This document shows, one piece after another, positions 40,518-49,415 of a stretch of 64,000 nt of DNA. Each line of letters starts with the position of its first letter. Position 1 is the first letter of the stretch. The stretch comes from Halobacteriales archaeon (GTDB lineage: Archaea; Halobacteriota; Halobacteria; Halobacteriales; Hikarchaeaceae): the NCBI GenBank assembly GCA_042219475.1, contig JBDGPX010000121.1, positions 232-64,231 on the forward strand, given 5' to 3'. A program made the translations under genes and the position numbers. A model generated the notes under the pieces. That model was not told the origin of the DNA. It did not search any database and saw nothing but the letters and a program-made list of their open reading frames with translations.

Positions 40518-41756
40518 ATGACCGGAAAGGACGCGTTCAAGTGGGCCGCGGTCGGTTCCCCGTCCGTGACCGAGACCGTCGGCTCCGATCGCGACGAACG
40601 CCTCGTCACCGGCTATACGGGTCGGCTGTTGATCGCCGTCTCGATCGGTTGGGCGTTCATTCAGGCCGGCCGGTTGGTCATCTCACCGCTGTTGCCCGCC
40701 ATCAGTACCGATCTCGGGCTTTCGAGTACACGTGCGGGATTTGCGATCACCGTTATCTGGGGATTGTACGCGTTGTTGCAGTATCCAAGCGGTCGGCTCT
40801 CCGATCAGCTCTCCCGGACGACGCTACTAGTCGCCGGGTTGATGTTGCTCTGTGTGGGATTTCTCGTCCTCTCGGGAGCGCCGACCTACCTCGTCTTGCT
40901 GGCCGGGGCAGCCGTCGTCGGGCTGGGCGCCGGTCTGTATCCGACCCCTGCTCGGGGGCTGGTTTCCGATCTCTTCGTCAACCGGCGCGGACAGGCCTTC
41001 GGGATCCATACCGCCTCGGGCGACGTTGGCGGCGTGCTCGCGGCGGGCTTGGCGACGGTGGTACTCGCCGTTGCGACCTGGCGGGCGGCCTTCGCGCCGG
41101 TCGTCGTCGTCTTGCTTGCGGTTGCGCTGTCCCTCCATCTCTGGAGCCGGGAGGGCTACGTGATCGAAAAAGTCGACCTGGCGGTCGGCGACACGGGCCG
41201 ACGGTTGCTCAAGGAACCACAGCTGCGCTGGCTGCTCGTCGCCTACGCCCTCTATGCCTTCTCCTGGCAGTCGGCGACGGGATTTCTGCCGACGTATCTC
41301 CAGGTCGGGAAGGGGTTCTCCGCGGCCGTCGCCAACACCGGATTTGCCGCCCTGTTCGTCGTCGGGGCGATCGTCAAACCCGTGGCCGGCAGTTTGGGCG
41401 ACCGATTGCCACGAGGACTGCTCGCGCCGGCGGTCCTCGCGCTAGCGGCGGTCATGCTCGTCGGCGTGATCCTCGCCCAGACACCGCTGATCGCGACGAT
41501 CGCTGTGGTCTGTTTCGCGGCGGGGTTGATGGCGTATCCGCCGGTGATGCAGGCATATCTCATGGATTCGTTTCCGACCGACAGCATGGGCGGCGACCTC
41601 GGGGCGATGCGGACGATCTACATCGGCATCGGGGCGCTCGGTCCAACCTATGTCGGAGCGGTCGCGGACGTGCTCGACTATACGACCGCGTTCACGGGGC
41701 TGGTCGCCTGTCTGTTGCTGAGTAGTTTCCTGATCATCACGCTGGGACGTCGGTAA
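40518..41756 (+). CDS. MFS transporter
   Basis: 12-TM pattern with a GRLSDQLSRT loop. The ATG at 40518 is preferred over the GTG at 40491. Confidence 0.8.
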   Translation: MTGKDAFKWAAVGSPSVTETVGSDRDERLVTGYTGRLLIAVSIGWAFIQAGRLVISPLLPAISTDLGLSSTRAGFAITVIWGLYALLQYPSGRLSDQLSRTTLLVAGLMLLCVGFLVLSGAPTYLVLLAGAAVVGLGAGLYPTPARGLVSDLFVNRRGQAFGIHTASGDVGGVLAAGLATVVLAVATWRAAFAPVVVVLLAVALSLHLWSREGYVIEKVDLAVGDTGRRLLKEPQLRWLLVAYALYAFSWQSATGFLPTYLQVGKGFSAAVANTGFAALFVVGAIVKPVAGSLGDRLPRGLLAPAVLALAAVMLVGVILAQTPLIATIAVVCFAAGLMAYPPVMQAYLMDSFPTDSMGGDLGAMRTIYIGIGALGPTYVGAVADVLDYTTAFTGLVACLLLSSFLIITLGRR

Positions 41757-41780
41757 GGGATCCGACACCGATACCCGGTG

Positions 41781-43037
41781 TCAAAAGGCGTCGAGAACCG
41801 CGTCGGGATCGTTCGGTACGGATGTCGGGTCCGAGCCGGCCTCGGCCGCGGCATCCGGGTCCTTGAGGAGGTGGCCGGTCGTCAGGCAGGCGATCCGTTC
41901 GTCGGGATCGATTTCGCCGTTATTCCGGAGTTTCCGGACGCCGGCGACGGAGGTGGCGCTGGCGGGTTCGACGCCGATCCCGTCCTCAGCGAGCAGTCGC
42001 TGGGCGGCGGTGATCTCCTCGTCGCTGACGGCGACGGCGGTTCCACCGGTTGCACGCACGCCTGGCAACGCCTTGCGGGCATTGACGGGATTGCCGATCC
42101 GGATCGCCGTCGCCCGGGTTTCGACATCCGCCCAGCGTTCGACGTCCTCCCAACCGTGTTCGATGGCCTCGACGAACGGTGCCGCGCCCGCCGCCTGGAC
42201 ACCGACGAGCTTCGGCACCTCTTCGGGCGTCATCGCGCCGGCAGCGACCAGCTCCCGGAACCCCTTGTACAACGCCGAGGTGTTGCCAGCATTGCCGACC
42301 GGCAGCACGATCCGGTCGGGAAACGCTCCGGTCGCATCCCGTGTCTGTTCGAGGATCTCGAAGCCGATCGTCTTCTGGCCCTCCAGACGGAAGGGATTCA
42401 GCGAATTGAGTAGATAGACTTCGCCGCGGGTGGCCAGTTCGGCGACGATGTCGAGACAGGCATCGAAGTTCCCGTCGACCTCGAGGATGTGTGCGCCGTG
42501 GAGGCTCGCCTGTGCGAGTTTGCCCGCGGCGACCTTCCCGGCGGGTAACAACACGAACACGTCCAGATCGGCCCGGGCACCGTAGGCCGCAAGCGCCGCG
42601 CTCGTGTTGCCGGTACTGGCACAGGCCAGCCGCTCTACACCGAGACGTTCGGCCACCCGGACGCCGACGGTCATCCCCCGGTCCTTGAAGCTGCCCGTCG
42701 GATTCATCCCCTCGTGTTTCACCCGGAGATCGTCGACGCCGACGGATTCGGCGATCGATGGGGCTGGATACAGCGGGGTTGCTCCCTCCTGGATCGTTAC
42801 GCCGTCGTCGACCGGCAGGGCATCGCTGTATCGCCAGACGCCCTCGCCGTCGAAGTCCTCGAACGTCGGCGGGTCGGCGTACCGGACTTCGAGGAGCCCA
42901 TCACATTCCGGACAGCGATAGAGGATGTCATCGAAGGCGGGTGCGGTGTGGCCACACTCGATGCAGGCAAGCCATACCCCATCCCGTGCGGTCTCAGGGA
43001 TGGTCGGCGATGCCGTCGCGAGTCGTAGGTCTGCCAT
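41781..43037 (-). CDS. thrC: Threonine synthase (with N-terminal zinc ribbon)
   Basis: PLP-lysine NPTGSFKDRGM; CIECGH...CPECDG ribbon. Confidence 0.9.
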   Translation of the reverse strand: MADLRLATASPTIPETARDGVWLACIECGHTAPAFDDILYRCPECDGLLEVRYADPPTFEDFDGEGVWRYSDALPVDDGVTIQEGATPLYPAPSIAESVGVDDLRVKHEGMNPTGSFKDRGMTVGVRVAERLGVERLACASTGNTSAALAAYGARADLDVFVLLPAGKVAAGKLAQASLHGAHILEVDGNFDACLDIVAELATRGEVYLLNSLNPFRLEGQKTIGFEILEQTRDATGAFPDRIVLPVGNAGNTSALYKGFRELVAAGAMTPEEVPKLVGVQAAGAAPFVEAIEHGWEDVERWADVETRATAIRIGNPVNARKALPGVRATGGTAVAVSDEEITAAQRLLAEDGIGVEPASATSVAGVRKLRNNGEIDPDERIACLTTGHLLKDPDAAAEAGSDPTSVPNDPDAVLDAF

Positions 43038-43063
43038 TACTCGATATCGGGGGATGCGCGGGC

Positions 43064-43069
43064 AAAAAA
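43064..43069 (-). terminator. Oligo-T (T6) terminator downstream of the HTH regulator gene
   Basis: Minus-strand CGGCCCTTTTTTGCCCG, about 50 nt after the stop at 43119. Confidence 0.5.
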
Positions 43070-43118
43070 GGGCCGATCGATAGGGGGGATATACTGAACC
43101 GTTGGGCTTCAGGGATGC

Positions 43119-43544
43119 CTATTCGATGGACTCGTCGCCGTTGCCGAAGGCATCGATCCGGTCGTGGACGTTCTCCGTCCAGGCATCAAGGGTTCGGTGC
43201 AGGCGTTCTTTGGTTTCGGGGAGTGGTTCGGCCGTGTACTGATAGACGTATCCGCCCGGATCGAGCAGACGTCGTTCCCGTCGGACGAGATCCAACTCGA
43301 GCAACCGGGAGAGCGATCGATTGATGTTGCTGCGGTCCCGTTCGAGGTCGTTTGCCAGCTCCTCGACGGTACTGCCCGGCCGGTCGAGCAACGCGAGATA
43401 CGTTCTGATCTCTCGACCGCCGATCCCGATGACACAGCTCATGATCTCCTCGAACTCTGGATCGTCCCGTTCAAGTAACCAGCCCATATCGTGCCCGTCG
43501 ATTTGCGTCGCGGTTGGTGGCCCGTCGTCCCGCTCGGAGTCCAT
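43119..43544 (-). CDS. HTH transcriptional regulator (TrmB/MarR-like winged helix)
   Basis: 141-aa ORF. GREIRTYLALLDRPGSTVEELANDLERDRSNINRSLSRLLELDLV. Confidence 0.75.
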   Translation of the reverse strand: MDSERDDGPPTATQIDGHDMGWLLERDDPEFEEIMSCVIGIGGREIRTYLALLDRPGSTVEELANDLERDRSNINRSLSRLLELDLVRRERRLLDPGGYVYQYTAEPLPETKERLHRTLDAWTENVHDRIDAFGNGDESIE

Positions 43545-43583
43545 ATGTCACCGTATTATTGTGATGCCACGGTCAAAACGCTT

Positions 43584-43624
43584 CGCTCGCAATCGTGTTA
43601 CGCATTTCGGAACGATTGCGAGCG
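43584..43624. promoter_or_regulatory. Perfect 12-bp inverted repeat (candidate operator or terminator hairpin)
   Basis: CGCTCGCAATCG (43584-43595) - 17 nt - CGATTGCGAGCG (43613-43624), 40-80 nt upstream of the HTH regulator start and 17 nt after the stop of the upstream gene. Confidence 0.5.
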
Positions 43625-43640
43625 ATCGACGGTGTGAGTG

Positions 43641-43943
43641 TCATGATTTACAGTAGCCTTGGGATTCGAGACAGCTTCGCATCCCATCCTGAGTCCGGTG
43701 ACGATGCAGAGTCGTCGGCGTGTCACAGTAGTACACGTCGCCGTCATATCGGAGAGTGATCTCGTGGGTATTGCCTAAAAATTCGTATTCGATGACGATC
43801 CGAATTCCGTTCTGGAGTCGGTCGAGCAGTTCATCGGCACTGCGTTCACCGGCCTCGATTCGTAACGCCTCGGTCATCGACGGAGTATCGGACGGGATGG
43901 CCTTGAACGCTTGTCCTCGGTCGGATAGGTGATGCTGCTGCAC
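43641..43943 (-). CDS. Hypothetical protein (small, Cys-containing)
   Basis: 100-aa ORF; likely start MTEALRIEAGERSADELLDRL (43877). No recognisable domain. Confidence 0.45.
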   Translation of the reverse strand: MQQHHLSDRGQAFKAIPSDTPSMTEALRIEAGERSADELLDRLQNGIRIVIEYEFLGNTHEITLRYDGDVYYCDTPTTLHRHRTQDGMRSCLESQGYCKS

Positions 43944-44059
43944 ACACGACGGGGGTTCATATCGTCACATGGAGTACTAACTCGCTGTAACCGACCGTTC
44001 GTCCATCTGTGGATGAACGGTTCGGGAACGCTCCACGTTCGTCTGTGGGGGATGGGACA

Positions 44060-44548
44060 ATGTCACGGGAATCATCAGCAGAACCAAAGACACAACGCGA
44101 CACGATTGTATCGACGACTCGATTAACGGACTGGCAGGCGGGTGTTCTCGCTGGCCTCTTCGGCAGCCTCGGGATGGGAATCGTCATGGTCGCTATGGCA
44201 CCGGAGGTCATGGCGGTCGCGATTCCGGCACTTTACGGTCTCCAAGGCGGCGCCATCGGTTGGATCTTTCACATGGCCCATGGGGCTGTCCTCGGCGTCG
44301 TCTTCGCGGCGCTCGTCGAGCGGACCGATCTCGGGGAATACGCCACCGGCATCGGTCGGAGTGCCAGGTTCGGTGCGCTCTATGGGGGGGTGCTCTGGGC
44401 AGTCCTGGCCGTCGTTGTGATGCCGATCTGGCTCGGTGCCGTCGGCTTCGCCGGCGCACCGCCGCTGCCGAACGTCAACATCGGCAGCCTGTTCATGCAC
44501 TTCGTCTACGGGTTGATCGTCGGCGCGCTCTATCCGGTATTGCGCTGA
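44060..44548 (+). CDS. Integral membrane protein (hypothetical, 4 TM)
   Basis: Start at MSRESSAEPK. Hydrophobic helices with conserved-looking His/Gly (GWIFHMAHGAVLG, FMHFVYGLIVG). Confidence 0.6.
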   Translation: MSRESSAEPKTQRDTIVSTTRLTDWQAGVLAGLFGSLGMGIVMVAMAPEVMAVAIPALYGLQGGAIGWIFHMAHGAVLGVVFAALVERTDLGEYATGIGRSARFGALYGGVLWAVLAVVVMPIWLGAVGFAGAPPLPNVNIGSLFMHFVYGLIVGALYPVLR

Positions 44549-44657
44549 CCGACGATCGGTTCTTCCCGACAAGCACGGAACGCTCGATAGACGTACGGAT
44601 GCCCGGGATCGACTTTCCGGTTGACGGGGATTGCCAGTCGCCACGGCACCGGTGTCA

Positions 44658-44663
44658 TTTTTT
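44658..44663 (+). terminator. Oligo-T (T6) terminator
   Basis: GTGTCATTTTTTGACC, about 110 nt after the membrane-protein stop. Confidence 0.45.
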
Positions 44664-44669
44664 GACCAC

Positions 44670-44708
44670 TCCGTCCGGATCTGTTAGCACAGTATTAGAT
44701 CCGACGGA
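44670..44708. promoter_or_regulatory. Near-perfect 12-bp inverted repeat upstream of the amidohydrolase gene
   Basis: TCCGTC(C)GGATCT (44670-44682) - 14 nt - AGATCCGACGGA (44697-44708), 47 nt upstream of the ATG at 44755. Confidence 0.45.
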
Positions 44709-44754
44709 TCGGCACGGGACAAAGCTTAATGGAAACTCCAGCGGTATCGATTCT

Positions 44755-45879
44755 ATGAGTACCTCACAGCGATCCGATATCGGGACTTATTTTGACGATG
44801 TCATGGTCGTCGATACGGATGTTCATGTCTCAAGCGAGTCTGAGGAGATCGTTCGCAAGAAGCTGCCCTGGATGGAGGAACCTCACCTGAGTAATCTCGA
44901 TCCAGATGTCGGACTCGATAAAGGTGCGGCCTCGTATCCATCCCACTCTTGGCCGGATCGAGTCAACGAGGACGGTACCGCCGTTGAGGAGAAGGCCCCG
45001 CAGGTCGTCGATCTTCAGACTGATGTCTACGAGACGCTGTGTCAGCAAGGTAACGTCGATTATCCGATTATCAACATGCAGGGGCGCCACGATCGGCTTC
45101 ACTCTTCGGAACGCGCTGTCCAGGAAATGCGCGCGAACAACAACGTCCTCCTGGAGATGCTCGATGATCATCCCGACTTTTTCGGATTGATCGATCTGTT
45201 CACCCACGACCCGGCAAAGGCCGCCGAGGAGATCGATCGGATCGGCGACGAGGCACAATTCGTGGGTGTCTACTTCCCGACTTCGGCACTCGAGAAACCG
45301 GCTGGCCATCCCAACCACGACGTGATCTTTCGGGCGGCCGATGACCACGACCTCACGATGGTCTACCACGGCGAATCCGCCTCATACCTCGGTCGAACCC
45401 CTTTCCTCGATGAGGTCGAGTCATTCATGGAAATGCAGACGCTCGCCCATCCGGCCCAGCAGATGATGTCGCTGACGACGCTCGTCATCCAAGGCGTCCC
45501 GGTTAAATTCCCGGACCTCAATCACGTCTTCCTGCAGGCTGGTCTTGGCTGGGTTCCATATATGATGGGTCGGATCAACCGCGATTATGGCCAACGCCCC
45601 AGCAAGGCGCCACTACTGGATGACCCCCCCGAGGAGTATATCCGTCGGAACTGCTGGTTCGGCGCGAGTCCGCTCGGAGAACCGGACGACCCCGACGATA
45701 TCGTCGACATCATCGAGATGACCGGCCCCGAGAACATCGTCTTCGCCTCGGACTATCCCAACCACGGCCACGACTTCTCTGCGGTCGATGCGATCTTCCG
45801 ACGGTTCCCTGATGAGGACCGACGTGCCATGCTCCATGGCAACGCGATCGAGGCTTTCGACCTCCCGATCGGCAGCTGA
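44755..45879 (+). CDS. Amidohydrolase-2 family (PF04909-like TIM-barrel metal-dependent hydrolase/decarboxylase)
   Basis: Start at MSTSQRSDIGTYFDDVMVVDTDVHV. C-terminal FASDYPNHGHD...MLHGNAIEAF. The track ORF from 44260 is an overextension across the neighbouring gene. Confidence 0.8.
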   Translation: MSTSQRSDIGTYFDDVMVVDTDVHVSSESEEIVRKKLPWMEEPHLSNLDPDVGLDKGAASYPSHSWPDRVNEDGTAVEEKAPQVVDLQTDVYETLCQQGNVDYPIINMQGRHDRLHSSERAVQEMRANNNVLLEMLDDHPDFFGLIDLFTHDPAKAAEEIDRIGDEAQFVGVYFPTSALEKPAGHPNHDVIFRAADDHDLTMVYHGESASYLGRTPFLDEVESFMEMQTLAHPAQQMMSLTTLVIQGVPVKFPDLNHVFLQAGLGWVPYMMGRINRDYGQRPSKAPLLDDPPEEYIRRNCWFGASPLGEPDDPDDIVDIIEMTGPENIVFASDYPNHGHDFSAVDAIFRRFPDEDRRAMLHGNAIEAFDLPIGS

Positions 45880-45973
45880 TACCGCGGCGTGTTGTCCGGG
45901 TTTCGGTCGATTCGGCTAAGGCTCCGATCCGATCATCGATCGGTTTTATTATGTAACCGCCTCGTGCCTCGAT

Positions 45974-46303
45974 ATGGGCTCGGATTTCGAGGGGGACAAA
46001 CCCGAGTGGTGGATCGAAAACGAGCAGATCCGCCGGGCGTACGATCTCCCCGAATACGATCCGCCGAAATTCGATGATGGTGCCTATCTCCATAACGTCA
46101 TTCCCGAACTCGAGTCGACCCACGATTGTACGATCCAACTGATCGGCGTCAATACGGAGTATCTCGACGACTGGGAGGTTCGCGTCGATGAGGAGGTCGT
46201 CTTCACCGTCGGCCACCGGCGTGATGAAAACGGGAACACCGTATACGAGATCGATGCCGCGGATTTCGAACACCGGATCGAGCGCCACTTCGACATCACC
46301 TGA
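45974..46303 (+). CDS. Hypothetical acidic protein
   Basis: 109-aa ORF with halophilic composition and a TATA-like TTTTATTATG upstream. Confidence 0.5.
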   Translation: MGSDFEGDKPEWWIENEQIRRAYDLPEYDPPKFDDGAYLHNVIPELESTHDCTIQLIGVNTEYLDDWEVRVDEEVVFTVGHRRDENGNTVYEIDAADFEHRIERHFDIT

Positions 46304-46308
46304 TCGGG

Positions 46309-47331
46309 CTATTCGTAGAGCACACAGCGGGCGGCCTGCTCGTCGGCGACCTCGTGCATGGGCGGTTCGCCCTCCCAGCACCGGTCCATCACCTCGGGAC
46401 ACCGGGGGGCGAACCGACAACCGCTTGGGAGGTTCACCGGGTCCGGTACCTCCCCCGGGATATCGATCGGGTCGTATTGTTTGTCCGGATCGATGATCGG
46501 AACGTTCGAAATGAGAGCCTGTGTGTAGGGATGCTGTGGGTTGTTGATGATGTCTTCCGTCTTGCCGATCTCGACGATCCGCCCGAGATACATGATTGCG
46601 ATCCGGTCACAGAGGTGTTTCAGCAACGTCAGGTCGTGGCTGATGTACAGCGCCGTGAGCCCGAATTCCTCTTGGAGTTCCTGAAAGAGATTGAGGATCC
46701 GTGCACGGATGGATACGTCGAGCATACTCGCTGGCTCATCGGCGAGTAGAAACGAGGGATTGAGCATGAGGGCCCGTGCGATGGCCACCCGCTGTCGCTC
46801 GCCGCCGCTGAGGTCCGGCGGGTGTTGGTCGGCGTAGGCACTCGGCGGTTGTAGGTTGCAGGTGTCGAGCATCTCGTAAACCCTGTTAACCCGCTCTTCT
46901 CGACTCCCGATATCGTGTACTCGCAGGGGCTCGATCAGCCAGTCGAAGACGGTAAACCGGGGATTGATCGATTCATACGGGTCCTGGTAGATGATCTGGC
47001 TCTCTCGTCGGAGGTCCTTGAGTTCCTGTCCGGATAGGTTCGTGATCTCGTTGCCGTCCAGATGGATTCTGCCAGCCGTCGGTTCGAGGAGTCGAATCGC
47101 CGTCTTCCCGGCCGTCGTTTTCCCACAGCCGGATTCGCCGGCCAATCCGAACGCCTCTCCTTCCTTGATCTCGAACGAAATACCGTCGACCGCCCGCACG
47201 TACTCCCGGTCGCGTCCCAACAGGCTGTCGATTATCCCCTCCCTAACGGGGAAGTGTTTCTTGAGGCCATCCACTCTGAGCTTGACGTCGGCATTCGGTT
47301 CAGTCCGCCGTTTGGCGTTCGCTTCGGCCAT
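46309..47331 (-). CDS. Peptide/nickel-type ABC transporter ATP-binding protein (OppF/DppF-like)
   Basis: GESGCGKTT, LSGGERQRV, LLADEP, and a C-terminal oligopeptide-ABC domain (HPYTQAL). Confidence 0.9.
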   Translation of the reverse strand: MAEANAKRRTEPNADVKLRVDGLKKHFPVREGIIDSLLGRDREYVRAVDGISFEIKEGEAFGLAGESGCGKTTAGKTAIRLLEPTAGRIHLDGNEITNLSGQELKDLRRESQIIYQDPYESINPRFTVFDWLIEPLRVHDIGSREERVNRVYEMLDTCNLQPPSAYADQHPPDLSGGERQRVAIARALMLNPSFLLADEPASMLDVSIRARILNLFQELQEEFGLTALYISHDLTLLKHLCDRIAIMYLGRIVEIGKTEDIINNPQHPYTQALISNVPIIDPDKQYDPIDIPGEVPDPVNLPSGCRFAPRCPEVMDRCWEGEPPMHEVADEQAARCVLYE

Positions 47332-48446
47332 TACTGCTCACCTATCGTATCGCCGTATTCGTCCGTCGTGTCGCCGTATTCATCCGGCTTCGGTGGTGTG
47401 TGATCACCACGCCACGTCTCCGGCTTGGCGGCTTCCGCTTGGAGCATCTCGACCTCATCGGCCCGGTGACACTCGACGAAGTGACCGTCTTCGATCTCCC
47501 GACGTTCTGGCGATTCCTTTCGACAGCGCTCGATCGCGAACGGACACCGCGGTGCGAACATACACTTGTCCTCCGGTTCCGTGAGATCGGGTGCCTCGCC
47601 GGGGATCGAGATCAGTTCCTGCTCATCAGTGTCGATCGTCGGAAAGGCATTCTTGAGTCCGAGCGTATAGGGATGATGGGCGTCGTTGATGATCGTTCGG
47701 GTATCGCTGGATTCGACGAGATTCCCGCCGTACATGACCGCGATCCGATCGCAGGTTTCGGAGACAACGGAGATATCATGCGTGATCAGTATCATCGACG
47801 ACTCTATATCCTCCTGGAGTTCCTGGATGCGTCGAAGGATCCGCTCTTGGATGATTACGTCGAGTGCCGTCGTCGGTTCGTCAGCTAGAATGATTTTGGG
47901 ATCCAACGCCATCGCCAGTGCGATCATGGCCCGTTGTTTCATTCCGCCGGAGAACTGATGAGGGTAATCGGTCAGCCGGTCCTCATCGAGATCGACCAGA
48001 TCGAACAGCTCGCGGGCTCGTTCTTGTGCTTCCTTCTCGGAAATCGGCCGATGGGCTTGGAGGACTTCGACGATCTGATCTTGGATCGTATAGACTGGAT
48101 CGAGCGCGTTCATCGCACTTTGGGGGATCATCGAGATCTCAGTCCATCGATACTCCCGGAGTTCCTTCTCTGAGAGTTCAGTTAGGTCAACGTCATCGAT
48201 CCGGACTTCGCCATCGATCACTTCGCCGTTATCGGGCAGTACACGGTTGATCGAATAGGCGAGCGTACTTTTCCCGCTCCCGCTCTCGCCGACCAGTCCG
48301 AGGGTCTCGTTTTCCTTGAGGGTGAGTGTCACTCCCTCGACTGCGTGGACATCACCCTGTTCGGTGTGATAATAAGTCACGAGATCCTCGATTTCGAGAA
48401 CGGCGTCCCGATCCTCCATGTCATCCCGGCACATAGATATGATCAC
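47331..48446 (-). CDS. Peptide/nickel-type ABC transporter ATP-binding protein (OppD/DppD-like)
   Basis: GESGSGKST, FSGGMKQRA, ILADEPTTALD, HPYTLGL. The C-terminal tail carries a DEYGDT duplication. Confidence 0.9.
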   Translation of the reverse strand: MIISMCRDDMEDRDAVLEIEDLVTYYHTEQGDVHAVEGVTLTLKENETLGLVGESGSGKSTLAYSINRVLPDNGEVIDGEVRIDDVDLTELSEKELREYRWTEISMIPQSAMNALDPVYTIQDQIVEVLQAHRPISEKEAQERARELFDLVDLDEDRLTDYPHQFSGGMKQRAMIALAMALDPKIILADEPTTALDVIIQERILRRIQELQEDIESSMILITHDISVVSETCDRIAVMYGGNLVESSDTRTIINDAHHPYTLGLKNAFPTIDTDEQELISIPGEAPDLTEPEDKCMFAPRCPFAIERCRKESPERREIEDGHFVECHRADEVEMLQAEAAKPETWRGDHTPPKPDEYGDTTDEYGDTIGEQ

Positions 48447-48449
48447 GCA

Positions 48450-49415
48450 TTAACCTTCTGCAACCTGTTGTAGATCCGGATTCGTCACCGCCTCATAGGC
48501 CCTTGCGATCATGAACACCGCGATGACGAGCAACGTGATGGCGATCCCCGGCGGGAGGACCCACCACCACGCCGTTCGCATCGCCGAGGCTGTATACGCT
48601 TGGAACAACATCTTTCCCCACGAGATGCGTGTCGGATCGCCGAATCCGAGAAACGCGATGCTCGCCTCGGTCAGGATCGATGTGGCGACGTTGAACGCCC
48701 CATAGAGGGTCACCAATGGAAGGACGTTCGGCAATAGATGACGGAGGATCATCCGAGTGTCGCTCACGCCGACCGCGTGTGCCGCCTCGATGTACGGTCG
48801 TTCCTTGATGCTGAGAACCTGTGATCGAACGACTCGGGCGGTCGAACGCCATAATATGAGTGATATGGCGATGATGATATTGAACAACCCTGGTCCGATC
48901 ATCAACACCATGACGATAATAAAGGGAAGAAATGGAATGCCGTACATGATGTCGGTAAATCGCATGAGCGCGTCATCGACCCACCCGCCGTAGTATGCAC
49001 TGACGATTCCGACCGTCGTTCCAATGAAGATCGAGATAGCCGCACCGATTAGGCCGATGATAATCGATACTCGGGCACTGACGAGGGTCTGTGAAAAGAC
49101 ATCTCGCCCGAGAGCCGTCGTTCCGAACGGGTGATCAGCCGACGGTTCACTGAAACGCATGAGGGTGCCATCCTCGTTGGCGAATTTCGCATCTGGCTCG
49201 TAGGGGGCGATCATTGGCCCGACCAGCCCAAGGATCAAAAAGAATGCAACGATTGAGAGTCCGAGGATACCGAACCGTTCGTTCGCGACGGTCCGAAATT
49301 GTAGCCGGGCTTCTCTGAGGATCTGGATCACCTGGTTGTTGGCGTTTTTGTGCTTTGGAAGGATCTCTATTGACGGCGATTCGTCCTGCCTACCCGCACG
49401 GTCGTCGCTAGTCAT
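48450..49415 (-). CDS. Peptide-type ABC transporter permease (OppC/DppC-like)
   Basis: 321-aa, 6 TM, EAA-like loop IEAAHAVGVSDTRMILRHLLPN. Confidence 0.9.
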   Translation of the reverse strand: MTSDDRAGRQDESPSIEILPKHKNANNQVIQILREARLQFRTVANERFGILGLSIVAFFLILGLVGPMIAPYEPDAKFANEDGTLMRFSEPSADHPFGTTALGRDVFSQTLVSARVSIIIGLIGAAISIFIGTTVGIVSAYYGGWVDDALMRFTDIMYGIPFLPFIIVMVLMIGPGLFNIIIAISLILWRSTARVVRSQVLSIKERPYIEAAHAVGVSDTRMILRHLLPNVLPLVTLYGAFNVATSILTEASIAFLGFGDPTRISWGKMLFQAYTASAMRTAWWWVLPPGIAITLLVIAVFMIARAYEAVTNPDLQQVAEG

